A stretch of 64,000 nt of DNA from an uncultured Candidatus Saccharibacteria bacterium (GTDB lineage: Bacteria > Patescibacteriota > Minisyncoccia > Phycocordibacterales > PALSA-1337). Each line of letters opens with the position of its first letter. The first letter of the stretch is position 1. The DNA is taken from NCBI GenBank assembly GCA_964629235.1, contig CAZVQB010000002.1, positions 4,339 to 68,338 of the forward strand, read 5' to 3'. Under the pieces are notes generated by a model. It ran no database searches. It saw only the letters and a list, made by a program, of their open reading frames with translations, and was not told where the DNA came from. This document shows, in pieces, positions 42,564 to 53,683 of this stretch. A program made the translations under genes and the position numbers.

Positions 42564-44222
42564 ATGATTAAGAAAATAATCAAACATCCATTAAGTTATA
42601 TACTACTTTTTGCTTTTCTAATTCGTATAGTAATGATCAAATATGGTTTACCATTCTGGTTATACAATGATGAACCACCTTTTGTACTTACAACATTGAA
42701 GATGTTTCAATTAAAGACGCTTTTACCAGTTTTACATGAAGCTGATTTCAAGCCATTCATGTATTACCCTCCTTATATTAGTTATTTATATATTCCCTTC
42801 TTTTTATTTTCTATAGCACTATCATGGATTGGCTTTGATGGAAACCTCAGTGAATTACAGAATGTGTTAGCTAGCGATCCTTCGATATTTTTCCTAACAG
42901 CGAGAGTAATAATGATTTTTATTAGTACATTAACCATTTATTTAATATACAAAATAACTCAATCATTAACACAAAGTAAAACTGCATCGCTTTATTCTGC
43001 AATCCTTTCTTCAACAAGTTTAATGTTTATAAGCCTTTCAATCACAGGCAAACACTGGGTACCAATACTTTTCTTTTATACACTTTGTCTTTTTATACTT
43101 ACACGTCCGAATTGGTCTATTAAAAAAAGATATATATTTTCAGTAATTACTGTAGGTATTGGAACTGGCATAAGTACAATAGTAATTCTTTTCTCTGTAG
43201 TGATTTTCCTTTGGTATATCACGTACGATAAAGTAAGTATAAAAGAAAGTTTGACCAGTCTATTTATGTACAAACTTGGTTTTATTGTGGCTATTTTATC
43301 TTTTATTCCAGTTCTTCTTTACCCTGCAAGTCTTGGTTTCGTACCAGACACAACATTACATGGTGGCAAGACTCTTTTGGGCTTTATAACTAGTCCTTTT
43401 GTTTTTCCATTCCCTTTCATCGCTACTGAACCAGTTTTAGTACTACTCAGTCTTATTGGTTTATATCTCGGTCTTAAAAAATATAAACCGTTCTATGTGA
43501 CGTCTATTATTTTTACAGTGTTTTATAGCATGATATTCTATGTATTTTTCAGATTTGAATACCGTTTCCTTTTACCTCTCGTATTATTCTTAACGATTGG
43601 ATCTGCAATAGGAATAAATGAAATCAGGAATAAATATCCAAACAAATATTCCAAAATTTTTATTTATTTGATTCTTCTAATTCCAATATTATTCTCTTTA
43701 AGACTTAGTTATCTTGGTTATACAAATGATTCAAGAATAAAAGCAAAAGAATGGTTGAATGCTAATGCAGAAGCTCATGACAAGGTTATTGTCTATGCGA
43801 ATCTCATGAGAATAGCAAATAATAAAAGTGGGATACTGGAACAACAGTTCATCGATGCGAAATCATTAAGAACAAATGATAAAAATATGTTGAGTATTCG
43901 AGATGGTTTGATAAAAGAAAAAACATTCCATGCTTTGAATCTATACACAGTTGAGAACGACAATTTCTACAAAATGATTGATGTTTATGTAAAAAAGAAT
44001 GGTTATAAATATCTGATATTTAGTAAAAGAGATTTCTTAGATAAACCTGAACAATTTGAGTATGTTAAAAATCTTACAAAAGATGCTAAACTTATAGTAA
44101 GTTATGGTAATAATGAAAGTAACTATTCCCTTTCAAAAACTGAGATCGGACCTAGTTTATTACCTTTCTTTAGAATAAATGAATTCGGACCGGAGATAGA
44201 AATATATAAATTGAATGACTAA
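42564..44222 (+). CDS. GT-C (ArnT/PMT-like) membrane glycosyltransferase
   Basis: NDEP acidic motif, YYPP, LTAR, RFLLP; multi-TM with soluble C-terminus. Confidence 0.72.
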   Translation: MIKKIIKHPLSYILLFAFLIRIVMIKYGLPFWLYNDEPPFVLTTLKMFQLKTLLPVLHEADFKPFMYYPPYISYLYIPFFLFSIALSWIGFDGNLSELQNVLASDPSIFFLTARVIMIFISTLTIYLIYKITQSLTQSKTASLYSAILSSTSLMFISLSITGKHWVPILFFYTLCLFILTRPNWSIKKRYIFSVITVGIGTGISTIVILFSVVIFLWYITYDKVSIKESLTSLFMYKLGFIVAILSFIPVLLYPASLGFVPDTTLHGGKTLLGFITSPFVFPFPFIATEPVLVLLSLIGLYLGLKKYKPFYVTSIIFTVFYSMIFYVFFRFEYRFLLPLVLFLTIGSAIGINEIRNKYPNKYSKIFIYLILLIPILFSLRLSYLGYTNDSRIKAKEWLNANAEAHDKVIVYANLMRIANNKSGILEQQFIDAKSLRTNDKNMLSIRDGLIKEKTFHALNLYTVENDNFYKMIDVYVKKNGYKYLIFSKRDFLDKPEQFEYVKNLTKDAKLIVSYGNNESNYSLSKTEIGPSLLPFFRINEFGPEIEIYKLND

Positions 44223-44986
44223 TGAAAATCACGATAATAATACCAACATACAATGAAGGTGAAGCAATCGGTAACTTACTCGATGCAGTTATTGCTGAAA
44301 CAAAAGAAATAAAGAATCATATATTTTCTATTCTTATCGTTGATGGGAATTCAAAAGACAATACTCAAGAGAATGTAAAAAACAAATCAAATAAATACAA
44401 CAATATAAAACTAATAGTTGAAAAAAATAAAAGTGGTCTTGGGAACGCATATTTAGAAGGAATGAATTATGCAATAAACAATCTTGGTGCGGATGCTTTC
44501 ATGGAATTTGATGGTGATTTCCAACACAATCCAAAAGATATAAAGAAGTTGGTGGAAAAACTAGATCAGGGATATGAATATATAATCGGATCAAGATATA
44601 TAAAAGGAGGAACTATCCCTAGGGAATGGCCTTGGTATAGAAAAGCTATTAGTTCATTCGGAAATATTGTAATAAGTGTAGGATTAAGACTTGGAATAAA
44701 TGACGCAACTTCAGGATTCAAACTATCGACGGTTGATAAATTTAAAGACTCGATGCCATTAAAACAAGGACAATTGATCTCTCTTCGACATGCATATAAG
44801 ATTCATTTTCTTTATAATATGATAAAAGCTGGAGCAAAAACAGTAGAGGTACCTATAGAATTCTTAAATCGGAATAAAGGAATATCAAAAAGTACCTTCG
44901 AAGATATAATAGAATCACTAAGAGTTGTTTTCGTTTTGATTATTAAGGGTGGGAATAATCGCATTGTTTTTAAAAATAAACCTTGA
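44222..44986 (+). CDS. GT2 polyprenol-phosphate sugar synthase (DPM1/Ppm1-like)
   Basis: IIPTYNE, VDGNSKD, GLGNAY, FDGDFQH, IGSRYIKGG, DATSGF. Confidence 0.85.
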   Translation: MKITIIIPTYNEGEAIGNLLDAVIAETKEIKNHIFSILIVDGNSKDNTQENVKNKSNKYNNIKLIVEKNKSGLGNAYLEGMNYAINNLGADAFMEFDGDFQHNPKDIKKLVEKLDQGYEYIIGSRYIKGGTIPREWPWYRKAISSFGNIVISVGLRLGINDATSGFKLSTVDKFKDSMPLKQGQLISLRHAYKIHFLYNMIKAGAKTVEVPIEFLNRNKGISKSTFEDIIESLRVVFVLIIKGGNNRIVFKNKP

Positions 44987-45349
44987 ATAGATATAGTAAC
45001 TACTTATAGCGAGTAGACCTGAAGCTAGTATTTGACTTAAGAAATAATGAATATGGAAATGATCTACAAATAAATACATTAAAAGTGTATTTATACCAAG
45101 ATTCGCACTCGAGACAATAAAATAGATAGTTGCTTGTTTATGAACTCCTTCGGTACTCTTATCTTGGAATGTCCAAAACTTTTGTAACATAAAACTAACA
45201 GAAAATGCTATTAGAAAAGCTAAGACAGCAGATATCAGATAGTTTATTTTAAAAATATCAACAAATATTGCCAAGAAAGCCAGGTCAACAATGGCAGCGG
45301 TTCCGCCAGATATAATATATTTTATTGTTTTAATTATTTTGGTTCTCAT
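44918..45349 (-). CDS. GtrA family lipid-P-sugar flippase
   Basis: Four TMs, KYIISG, SFMLQKFWTF, SRFIF. Confidence 0.85.
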   Translation of the reverse strand: MRTKIIKTIKYIISGGTAAIVDLAFLAIFVDIFKINYLISAVLAFLIAFSVSFMLQKFWTFQDKSTEGVHKQATIYFIVSSANLGINTLLMYLFVDHFHIHYFLSQILASGLLAISSYYIYSRFIFKNNAIIPTLNNQNENNS

Positions 45350-46035
45350 TGCTTAACAATCACACACTGACCTACTGTAGTAATTATAGGTATCTCTTTT
45401 TTATCAATTAGAAATTCATCTAATGCCTTCTTAACTCCTGGAGTATTTTTACCCATATAGTCATCGAAGAACATGAATCCTCCTTTTAACATTTTTGGAT
45501 AAAAGAAATTTAGTGAATCAAGTGTTGATTGATAGATATCGACATCGATATAAACAAAAGAAAAATTTTCATTTTGTGCTGGAGCACTTGTATCTGGAAA
45601 AAAACCTGGACAAAAAACTATATCTTTTGCATCCTTAAAAATTTCTTTTACACCTTCCAAAGAAGTATTTATAAAATCACCTTCTTTATGTAAATCAATT
45701 TTTTCATTTACTTTTGGCATTCCTTTGAAAGTATCAAAAAGATAAAACTTCTTACCATTTCCCTCTTTTGCATGAGCTATAAGTCTCGCTGATCCACCAC
45801 GGAATACTCCTACTTGAGCCATTGCTCCAGGGAAACGTTTAGCCTGTCTTGCGAATTGCCAAAGCATAAACAATCTATCTCTTTCAAGCATTGTATATGG
45901 ACTTACTTTTTTATAAGCATTCTCAAAATCACTATCCTTCGCCCAAGAAATAAAATCCATCCTTACATCTGTGCGAGTAATAGTATAACCTGTTTTCTCA
46001 ATTATTCCTTTAATTAAATCTTTTATTTTTTTCAT
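45346..46035 (-). CDS. TylF/MycF-family sugar O-methyltransferase
   Basis: VGVFRGGS, LFDTFKG, GFFPDT, YIDVDIYQS, FFDDY. Confidence 0.85.
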   Translation of the reverse strand: MKKIKDLIKGIIEKTGYTITRTDVRMDFISWAKDSDFENAYKKVSPYTMLERDRLFMLWQFARQAKRFPGAMAQVGVFRGGSARLIAHAKEGNGKKFYLFDTFKGMPKVNEKIDLHKEGDFINTSLEGVKEIFKDAKDIVFCPGFFPDTSAPAQNENFSFVYIDVDIYQSTLDSLNFFYPKMLKGGFMFFDDYMGKNTPGVKKALDEFLIDKKEIPIITTVGQCVIVKQ

Positions 46036-46625
46036 TTTATTGCATATAAATAATAACCGTAAGTTGTTGTTCGCTTTGCTGTACCAAAAATTTTATCAAG
46101 AATAGTTGATACTGGATGCAAAATAAATTTCAATTTATGTTGCATTGGAAAAAAGAAGGATAAAGTCTTAAAGTATCCACCTGCTTTGATAAGTTCAACT
46201 TTAGAAAAGCCTTCGAACATAAATAACAGTGAATCATCAAAAAATCTCCAATAGTCAGGATATGAGCCTTTTCTTGCATGGTATGGATATATAGAAGGTA
46301 CATAAACAAATATCTTACCTCCTCTTTTCAATACCCTTTTAAGCTCCAAAACTGCTCTAATAGGGTCTTTTACATGCTCAAGTACAGAACTACATATTAT
46401 CGCATCTACACTTTCGTCTTTTAGTGGTATTGCATGTATATCACCAACAACATCTGCACCTGTACGTGCATCATAATCCATGGTTTTATAATCACTATTT
46501 TTAAAAAGATCTTTATATGGTTCAAGCCATTTTTGGAATCGATCACCTCCTCCAATATCAAGAACTATTTTCTCTTTACTAATCAAAACCATTTTTTCAT
46601 CAATAAATTTTTGATAATGTGTCAT
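46032..46625 (-). CDS. Class I SAM methyltransferase (type 11)
   Basis: VLDIGGG, GDIHAIP, VLEHV, RVLKRGG, DYWRF. Confidence 0.85.
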   Translation of the reverse strand: MTHYQKFIDEKMVLISKEKIVLDIGGGDRFQKWLEPYKDLFKNSDYKTMDYDARTGADVVGDIHAIPLKDESVDAIICSSVLEHVKDPIRAVLELKRVLKRGGKIFVYVPSIYPYHARKGSYPDYWRFFDDSLLFMFEGFSKVELIKAGGYFKTLSFFFPMQHKLKFILHPVSTILDKIFGTAKRTTTYGYYLYAIK

Positions 46626-46629
46626 ATAT

Positions 46630-47319
46630 TTATTTTGTAAATCTTGTCCTTATAATAGTACCGAGTATCATGAATCCATGCTTCCAATTTATTTTCTTAC
46701 CTTCTGAATAACTTCGTGGGTTGTAATGTATTGGTACATCTACAGTCTTATATCCCATTTTCAAAGCCTTACAAACTAACTCGTTCTCATAATCAAAACT
46801 ATTTGCCTTAACATCGATTTTTCTTGCCAATTCTTTTGATATAGCTTTATAGCATCCCTCATATTCACCTGCATTATTTAAAAATAAAATATTTGTAAGC
46901 CAAGTAATTGTAAAGTTCCCTATTGTGCCAAGAAAATACAATAATTTTCTCCCTGTATGTCGATCTTCGATTCTAACCCCTAGAGTCAATTCAGTTTTAC
47001 CATCTAGTATCGGTTGAATGACGGCTTTAAAATCATTTGGATCATATTCTAGATCTGCATCTTGTATGATAAATATATCTCCTGTCGCTTCTTTAAATCC
47101 TCTTTTTACTGCCGCACCTTTTCCTGGAATGGTTTCTTTAACAACTTTTACCCCCTGTATTGAACTCGCAATATTATAAGTATTATCTTTTGAATTATTA
47201 TCAACAATAATAATCTCTCTTTCTAGATTCCCAATATCGGCTTTTTTAACCAATTCCACTATCTGTTGAATTGTCTTTTCTTCATTATATGCAGGAATAA
47301 CGATGGAAAGTTTTTTCAT
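46630..47319 (-). CDS. Glycosyltransferase family 2 (DPM1-like)
   Basis: [34 protein letters not shown]. Confidence 0.88.
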   Translation of the reverse strand: MKKLSIVIPAYNEEKTIQQIVELVKKADIGNLEREIIIVDNNSKDNTYNIASSIQGVKVVKETIPGKGAAVKRGFKEATGDIFIIQDADLEYDPNDFKAVIQPILDGKTELTLGVRIEDRHTGRKLLYFLGTIGNFTITWLTNILFLNNAGEYEGCYKAISKELARKIDVKANSFDYENELVCKALKMGYKTVDVPIHYNPRSYSEGKKINWKHGFMILGTIIRTRFTK

Positions 47320-48455
47320 ATTTTTTTACCTATTATAACATCTTTAACTATTGATATATGAGTATCATTAACTACATCCCAAGATTGATTTAATGGCAAT
47401 GAATTCACAATTTCCACCATATTTGGATAGTAATTTTTATCGAACATATTTAGCATTTTATTCTCCAATTCTTTTTTATCGTATGGATCAAATAAAAATT
47501 CTTCTGGAAGAGTGACTGAAAGACCATTACCTTTTGTAAGAAGCACTGGTTTACCCAAAGAAAGAGATTCGAGTATAAAGTTTGGATTAAACTCCGAAAG
47601 AGCTGGTCCAATACACACGGTTGAGTTCCTAATATAGTCAAACAATTCACTTTGTGGAACTGAATCTTTAAAAATCACCATTTCTTTTATTCCCATTTTT
47701 TCGACCAGGTCCACTAGTTTATTTTTATCTGGCCCATTTCCGACCAAAACAAACTTTCCTTTACCAATCTTTTTTATAATATTGCTAAATACTTCAATAA
47801 CTAATTCTAGATTTTTATAACTAACAAATCTTCCTGCAAAAAGTAGCGTCGGTATGTCTTGTATTTGAGGACTGGCTTTTTCTTTTCTTACTACGGGATT
47901 TTTAACTATTATTATTTTGTTTGGATTTGCATCATAATAATTTACATAAAAATCTTTAAAGAATTGACCGTAAACTATAACTCTGTCCGCTCTTTTTATA
48001 ATAAATTTTATTAATTTGTATAGAATTGGCTTATCTACTTTATATAATCCTTGCTTATAATAATCATCAATAGTTATAAACCTCTTCCCCATTTCAACTG
48101 TCCTTTCCCAGATGGGGTCACCTCCAATTCTTATGATAAAAGGCTTCCTAAAGATGATTGATGCTAGACACGCTGGTAATCCAGCAGCAGTAGGGTCGAA
48201 AGCGTATATGGCTTTACTAGTAATTGCTTTATACTTGATTATTGAATAATAGCAGAGCCACTGCAAAACTTTTGGCAAACGTCTAGAAACTCGAATAACT
48301 TTGAATGGAAATTGCCTATTGGTTTTATCATCTCCATAAGCAACCACAGTTACATCGAAACCATTTGCTTGCATAGCTTCTGCTATTTTTAAAACATGTA
48401 TAGCAGGGCCTCCAACATCAGGATAAAAGATTCCAGCGGCGAATAAGATTTTCAT
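47316..48455 (-). CDS. Glycosyltransferase family 4
   Basis: [22 protein letters not shown]7E (EFNPNFILE). Confidence 0.85.
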   Translation of the reverse strand: MKILFAAGIFYPDVGGPAIHVLKIAEAMQANGFDVTVVAYGDDKTNRQFPFKVIRVSRRLPKVLQWLCYYSIIKYKAITSKAIYAFDPTAAGLPACLASIIFRKPFIIRIGGDPIWERTVEMGKRFITIDDYYKQGLYKVDKPILYKLIKFIIKRADRVIVYGQFFKDFYVNYYDANPNKIIIVKNPVVRKEKASPQIQDIPTLLFAGRFVSYKNLELVIEVFSNIIKKIGKGKFVLVGNGPDKNKLVDLVEKMGIKEMVIFKDSVPQSELFDYIRNSTVCIGPALSEFNPNFILESLSLGKPVLLTKGNGLSVTLPEEFLFDPYDKKELENKMLNMFDKNYYPNMVEIVNSLPLNQSWDVVNDTHISIVKDVIIGKKI

Positions 48456-48501
48456 ATATTTATGCTTGTCACCTTAATAATATTGTCATACTATATCAAA
48501 C

Positions 48502-49410
48502 ATGAATGAAAAACTAAACCTAGCAATTATCGGTATAGGTAGATGGGGTAAAAACCTGACAGATACTTTTAGTAAACAGAATGTAAATATTAAATACTGC
48601 TTCCACAACGGTTCTGCAGAAAATACAAAATGGATAAATGAAAAATACCCAAATATTATATTAGCAAAAAACTATGAAGAAATACTTGAAGACAAAACTG
48701 TCGACACAATCGTCATAGCAACACCAATAAAGACTCATTTCGAACTTGCAAAAAAAGCACTTGAAGCAAAAAAGAATGTATTTATAGAAAAGCCAGGAAC
48801 TCAGACGATTGAAGAATTCGAAGAATTAAAAAAGATTCAAAAAGAAAATGATTCTATCGTTACAATTGGTTACGTCTTTATTCATCACCCGATTTGTAAC
48901 CATATAAATAAAATATTGAGAGATGAAAAAATCACCAGCATACATTTTGAATGGAATAAATGGGGATCTTTCGGTGAAGATATTATTGAAAACTTGGTTA
49001 CTCATGAAATATCAATATTAAAATATTTAGGAATTGATATAGATACAAAAACATTATCGATTACGAATCATCCACATATAACAAAAAGTGATATATTCAT
49101 TCTTGAAGCAAAAAGTACACAGGGTGTTCACGTATCAATAAATATAAACAGGGTTAGTCAAGAAAAAAGAAAATCTATCACTATTAAAACAGATAAAAAT
49201 TCGTACATTTGGACTAATAACGAACTAAAGAAAATTAATACGAATCAAAATACCGACAATATTGAAGTTAACAATACCACAGCCTTAGACCTGGAAATAT
49301 CAAACTTTATAAATGATATTAAGAATCATACAAATCCCCTAGTAGATATCGATTTTTCAATTGATATATTAAAGACTATTTCTTTTTTAAAAGATTCAAA
49401 ACATCTTTAG
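48502..49410 (+). CDS. Gfo/Idh/MocA family oxidoreductase
   Basis: IIGIGRWG, IATP..TH, VFIEKP. Confidence 0.85.
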   Translation: MNEKLNLAIIGIGRWGKNLTDTFSKQNVNIKYCFHNGSAENTKWINEKYPNIILAKNYEEILEDKTVDTIVIATPIKTHFELAKKALEAKKNVFIEKPGTQTIEEFEELKKIQKENDSIVTIGYVFIHHPICNHINKILRDEKITSIHFEWNKWGSFGEDIIENLVTHEISILKYLGIDIDTKTLSITNHPHITKSDIFILEAKSTQGVHVSININRVSQEKRKSITIKTDKNSYIWTNNELKKINTNQNTDNIEVNNTTALDLEISNFINDIKNHTNPLVDIDFSIDILKTISFLKDSKHL

Positions 49411-50422
49411 CTGCTTGAACGCAATTACCTATTTTCCCAGAGAAAACTTGTATTAAACGTTTATTAAGTCTATTTACGACCGTAGGCCGTTCATCTGTTT
49501 TGTCTTTATTTGGCAATACAGTTCTTATCGTATACATTGAACCGATATGCTCAGCTTTTGCCATATCAGGGATTATCTCTGAAGCAGATTTCAAGAATTT
49601 CTTTATATTTGTTACTGGAGGATTCTTTATTAGACCTTTATTTAAAAGTGGAATTATTTTTTTGGGTATTTTTGGATAATATCCATTGTTTGTAGAATGT
49701 ATAGCATGCACTACATTCCCCATAAAATGTAGATCTGTTCTACCAAAAGGATCAATACAGAAAAACGGTCCATCCAATACTACAATACTTTTCTTTCTAT
49801 ATTCATCTGGCAATTTTATAAGGGGTTTTTCACAAACCTCAAATTGATATTCTTTATGATTTTTTTTATCTTCAATAACAGAATTTAGACTTGCATAAGT
49901 ACAATTTATAATATAATCATGATCGCTTGAGCCGTATGAAAAAATAGTATCAGTGTAAATTTTGACTTTATTTTTTATTAAACGCTCACGAACCGTTTCT
50001 TTAAGTTTCGGATAATCAATTATTGATTCTTTAACCTTAACTAATAGATCGATTTTATCTTTTTTATGATAAGGTAAATCTGCAATTTCAAAATCTAAAT
50101 CACATCTTTTGCAGAAATCCATAAACTGTTTACCTGTAACTTTACTCCCTTGTGATGCAATGCAATAGTAATGTTCATTATCAGTAACAACAGAGTCCTT
50201 ATACTCTTTCTTGAAAGAAATTTCAGCATCTCTAGAGGATATAGCTGTCTCATCACTTCTTGGATAATGATAGCCTATATGAAGACGAAATTGATTGGCA
50301 CCAGAAGCACCCATCATAATATCTGATTCTTTTTCAAATAATTCAACCTTAAAACCCTTTTCCGCGAGTTTAATTGCAGTAGTTGTACCGAATATTCCAG
50401 CTCCGACAACAGCGATTTTCAT
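49376..50422 (-). CDS. FAD-dependent oxidoreductase (DAO-like)
   Basis: VVGAGIFG, GASGANQFRLHIGYHYPRS, SGKI. Confidence 0.8.
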   Translation of the reverse strand: MKIAVVGAGIFGTTTAIKLAEKGFKVELFEKESDIMMGASGANQFRLHIGYHYPRSDETAISSRDAEISFKKEYKDSVVTDNEHYYCIASQGSKVTGKQFMDFCKRCDLDFEIADLPYHKKDKIDLLVKVKESIIDYPKLKETVRERLIKNKVKIYTDTIFSYGSSDHDYIINCTYASLNSVIEDKKNHKEYQFEVCEKPLIKLPDEYRKKSIVVLDGPFFCIDPFGRTDLHFMGNVVHAIHSTNNGYYPKIPKKIIPLLNKGLIKNPPVTNIKKFLKSASEIIPDMAKAEHIGSMYTIRTVLPNKDKTDERPTVVNRLNKRLIQVFSGKIGNCVQAAKDVLNLLKKK

Positions 50423-51486
50423 TTTATATTATCTAAAATTTTTGTAGCAATATCTTCACTTGTCCAATTCACAATAGTTGCACCAACATCCTTTGCAATA
50501 CCTACATCAGTCGAAATTATTTTGCAATTATTCGCTTCAGCCTCTTTAAAAGTAAGTCCATAACCTTCATACCATGAACAAACCAGAAAAACATCACAAC
50601 CTCGATAGTATGGAGTCAAATCAGTCTGCCACCCTTCAAATACAATATTTTTTGATATTTTTAAAATTTCAGATCTTCTTTTAAGATAATCTTGCATTGT
50701 TCCCGAACCAACTATCACGAGTCCTGTATCAGGCTTTTTAGCCAAAACAATCTTCATCGCATCTATAGCCATTGAGAAATTCTTTTCAGCTTCGATCCTT
50801 GAAATCATAAGAATAATGTTCTTAAATTGAGGAAATTTCTCTTTTAAAACAAAAGATGTTTTATCATTCTTTATATAATCAATATTTATATCTATAGGTT
50901 TTACTATTATATCTTCCGGATTAAATCCTCTTTTAACAAGTGAATCAGCTATTTTATTCGATACCACTCTTATTATATTTGCATGATTTAAAGTAAAACG
51001 AGATATAAAAAGTCTTATTCTATTTAAAATAGAATTTAAAATACCGATTCTTGCATCAATAAAGTACGGACTATACAAATCAGTATGAATTTGTACCAAC
51101 AATTCTGAATTCTTTCTTTTACTATTTAAACATTTACCCACTAAAGCAGTTTCAAAAGGGTCCTGACAAGTTATAAGTATTGGTATCTCTGGATTGATTT
51201 CATCAATAATCTTTACACCAATCTTTCTTGCATCACTTACATAATTCCATCTTACAAATGATTTTGTAGAATAGACTTTACAATTTTGAGCAATTTCCTT
51301 ATCTTCTATTTTTGAATCTGAAAAGACGATAATATGTAATTCTTTATACTGCTTTGAATATTCGAGCATTCTTTGTCTGACGACACTTTTCTCTACAAGT
51401 ATTTGTCTATCAGTTGAAACCATTATCACCGAATGATTGGAATAGTCTTTATATGTTGTTTTGTAGACATTATTTGATTCTTTCAT
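50419..51486 (-). CDS. Glycosyltransferase family 4
   Basis: QDPFE, SRIEAEKN, EGYGLTFKE; start codon uncertain (51486 or 51510). Confidence 0.82.
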   Translation of the reverse strand: MKESNNVYKTTYKDYSNHSVIMVSTDRQILVEKSVVRQRMLEYSKQYKELHIIVFSDSKIEDKEIAQNCKVYSTKSFVRWNYVSDARKIGVKIIDEINPEIPILITCQDPFETALVGKCLNSKRKNSELLVQIHTDLYSPYFIDARIGILNSILNRIRLFISRFTLNHANIIRVVSNKIADSLVKRGFNPEDIIVKPIDINIDYIKNDKTSFVLKEKFPQFKNIILMISRIEAEKNFSMAIDAMKIVLAKKPDTGLVIVGSGTMQDYLKRRSEILKISKNIVFEGWQTDLTPYYRGCDVFLVCSWYEGYGLTFKEAEANNCKIISTDVGIAKDVGATIVNWTSEDIATKILDNIK

Positions 51487-52492
51487 AAATTGAAATGATT
51501 TCATTCCCAATATTCTCCCAACTATGAACCCAATTAAACTTTTTTACCTTATCAGCTTGCAGCTTCCTATTTTTTGGATCAGATATCCAGACAATCTTTT
51601 CAATTATGTCATTTTTATTCATTGGATCTATAAAAATTGCGCAATCTTTTACTCTATCTGATATACCATTCTCCTTTGTAAGAATAAAAGGGGTACCGAC
51701 TCTTATTGCATCAAAAATCATATTTGGACTTATGTCCCCAATAGAATTTAAAATAACAGCATAAGATCGTCTCATTCTCTCTTGGAAATTATCATAAACT
51801 GCTTTTGTGGTATCGAATTCAATATCATCAAAACCTTTTCCTCTGACTTTATCTTGAGCAATTTTGAATGCATCTCTAAGTGATTCCAAGTTTTTCCATT
51901 TCAAATCTCTCGTACCAGCAACAAAGACTCTATTCTCTGGCTCAATTTGTTCATCTCTTTCTCCACAAAAATTCTCAACAATCGTACTCTTCTTTGAATC
52001 AAGACTATATACTTTTTCAAAAATATCCTTTTGCCACTTCGTACTAAAGATTATTGCCGAAGCATTCCTCATAGAATCACCACCGACTTTAAATATCACT
52101 TTCTCTTTTTTAGAAAGTTTATTTAGTGATGTATTATAAAAATCTTTAAATAGAACCAAGTCGCCGGTTCTTTCTACATATGTTTCCCATAAGAAATCCC
52201 CTCCAGTTCTTATGATATATTTTTTTCTCATAAGCTTACATGCATACATTGTAGGTACTGCTGCACTCCATGTATCGAGTACAAGGATCAAATCTGCATT
52301 CCAACCTTTTCTAAAAATCTTTAGAAAAAATAGAAAATGTCTGAGAAATTTTGGGAATGCTCTCTCCCAACGATATGCAGCAACTTTTACATCATGACCC
52401 TGCTTTTTCCAGGTTTCATAAAGATTCCTAGCATATTGAGCTGAACCCCCAATATCTGGTGGGTATATACCTGATGAAATTAGAATTTTCAT
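51470..52492 (-). CDS. Glycosyltransferase family 4
   Basis: GIYPPDIGG, RTGGDFLWE, DISPNMIFD; similar to 47316..48455. Confidence 0.78.
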   Translation of the reverse strand: MKILISSGIYPPDIGGSAQYARNLYETWKKQGHDVKVAAYRWERAFPKFLRHFLFFLKIFRKGWNADLILVLDTWSAAVPTMYACKLMRKKYIIRTGGDFLWETYVERTGDLVLFKDFYNTSLNKLSKKEKVIFKVGGDSMRNASAIIFSTKWQKDIFEKVYSLDSKKSTIVENFCGERDEQIEPENRVFVAGTRDLKWKNLESLRDAFKIAQDKVRGKGFDDIEFDTTKAVYDNFQERMRRSYAVILNSIGDISPNMIFDAIRVGTPFILTKENGISDRVKDCAIFIDPMNKNDIIEKIVWISDPKNRKLQADKVKKFNWVHSWENIGNEIISIYERIK

Positions 52493-53679
52493 ATTACCTT
52501 TAAGAATACCTTATTCTTCATATCACTTGCAATAAGGTTCCACTGATACTTTCTTTCCACCATATCCAAAGCATTTTTAACTATTTTTTCTTTTAAACTT
52601 TTATCATTCAGAAGCATTTCAACTTTCCAGGCTATACTTTTTGGATTCTTTACTTCACAAAAAAGACCTGTTTCTCCATCTTTAAGAAAATCTACTATTC
52701 CTCCAACTGGTGTTGCTATTACAGGAATTCCTGCCGCCATTGCTTCTATATATGAATTACCAAAACCCTCAGACAAAGATGGTCTTATAAATATATCTGA
52801 TATGTGTAAATACTTTGGCATATCTTCATGTTTAACAAAACCCAAGAAAATTACTCTATTTTCGAGATTCAATTTCTTTACTCTTTGCTTTAACATTTCT
52901 TCTTCATGACCAGTACCCAAGACAAGGAATTTCACATTTTCTGGTAGATAAGTTAGAGAGTCGATAATATCTATAGTTGCATTTTTTTCAACCAATCTAC
53001 TTGTGGTTACCAAGAAAATGTCTTTATCTTTTTTATTTAAACTCTTTTTCAAATTACTCAATTCATTTTCACTTTTTATATTTGAAAATAAAGAAAAATT
53101 AACACCATTTGGTATGACAATTATCGGGGATTTCGTTCCCATATTTTTTGACCACATTGATAAGAAATTCGATATCACTTGAACCATATCTGCTTTTCCA
53201 AAAATTTTTGTAAAAAATGTCTTAAATATTCCTTGGCGAATTTTAAAATTATCACCCTCTTGTATTGAAAGAACAAATGGAATGTTTTTATTAAATATTT
53301 TAAATAAATAGCAAGTAAATCCTGCATAACTTGCCATCATTGACCATACTAAATCGTATTTATTTTTCCTATGTAGTTGTAATGCTTTTATAAGAGCGAA
53401 GATTGGAAAAATTAACTTAGATAATGGGAATATCTTTGAACTTTTTGTATTGCTACCAAACCAAGGTAAACCAACTCTATATACATTTATATTCCCTATT
53501 CTTTCAAACTTAGGAGCTTGTTTCCTCAAGGTTATCATATCAAATTCAATATCAGATGGAATGATTCGATCTGTAATTTCTTTAATTGCTATTTCTGCTC
53601 CACCTATGAATCTTGGATAGTAAACTAGAGAAAAAATGAGTATTTTCTTACTTTTTTGTTCATTTTTAGCTTGTTCCAT
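52489..53679 (-). CDS. Glycosyltransferase family 4
   Basis: GGAE, SRLVEKN, PSLSEGFGNSYIEAMAAG, TPVGG. Confidence 0.9.
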   Translation of the reverse strand: MEQAKNEQKSKKILIFSLVYYPRFIGGAEIAIKEITDRIIPSDIEFDMITLRKQAPKFERIGNINVYRVGLPWFGSNTKSSKIFPLSKLIFPIFALIKALQLHRKNKYDLVWSMMASYAGFTCYLFKIFNKNIPFVLSIQEGDNFKIRQGIFKTFFTKIFGKADMVQVISNFLSMWSKNMGTKSPIIVIPNGVNFSLFSNIKSENELSNLKKSLNKKDKDIFLVTTSRLVEKNATIDIIDSLTYLPENVKFLVLGTGHEEEMLKQRVKKLNLENRVIFLGFVKHEDMPKYLHISDIFIRPSLSEGFGNSYIEAMAAGIPVIATPVGGIVDFLKDGETGLFCEVKNPKSIAWKVEMLLNDKSLKEKIVKNALDMVERKYQWNLIASDMKNKVFLKVI

Positions 53680-53683
53680 TTTA

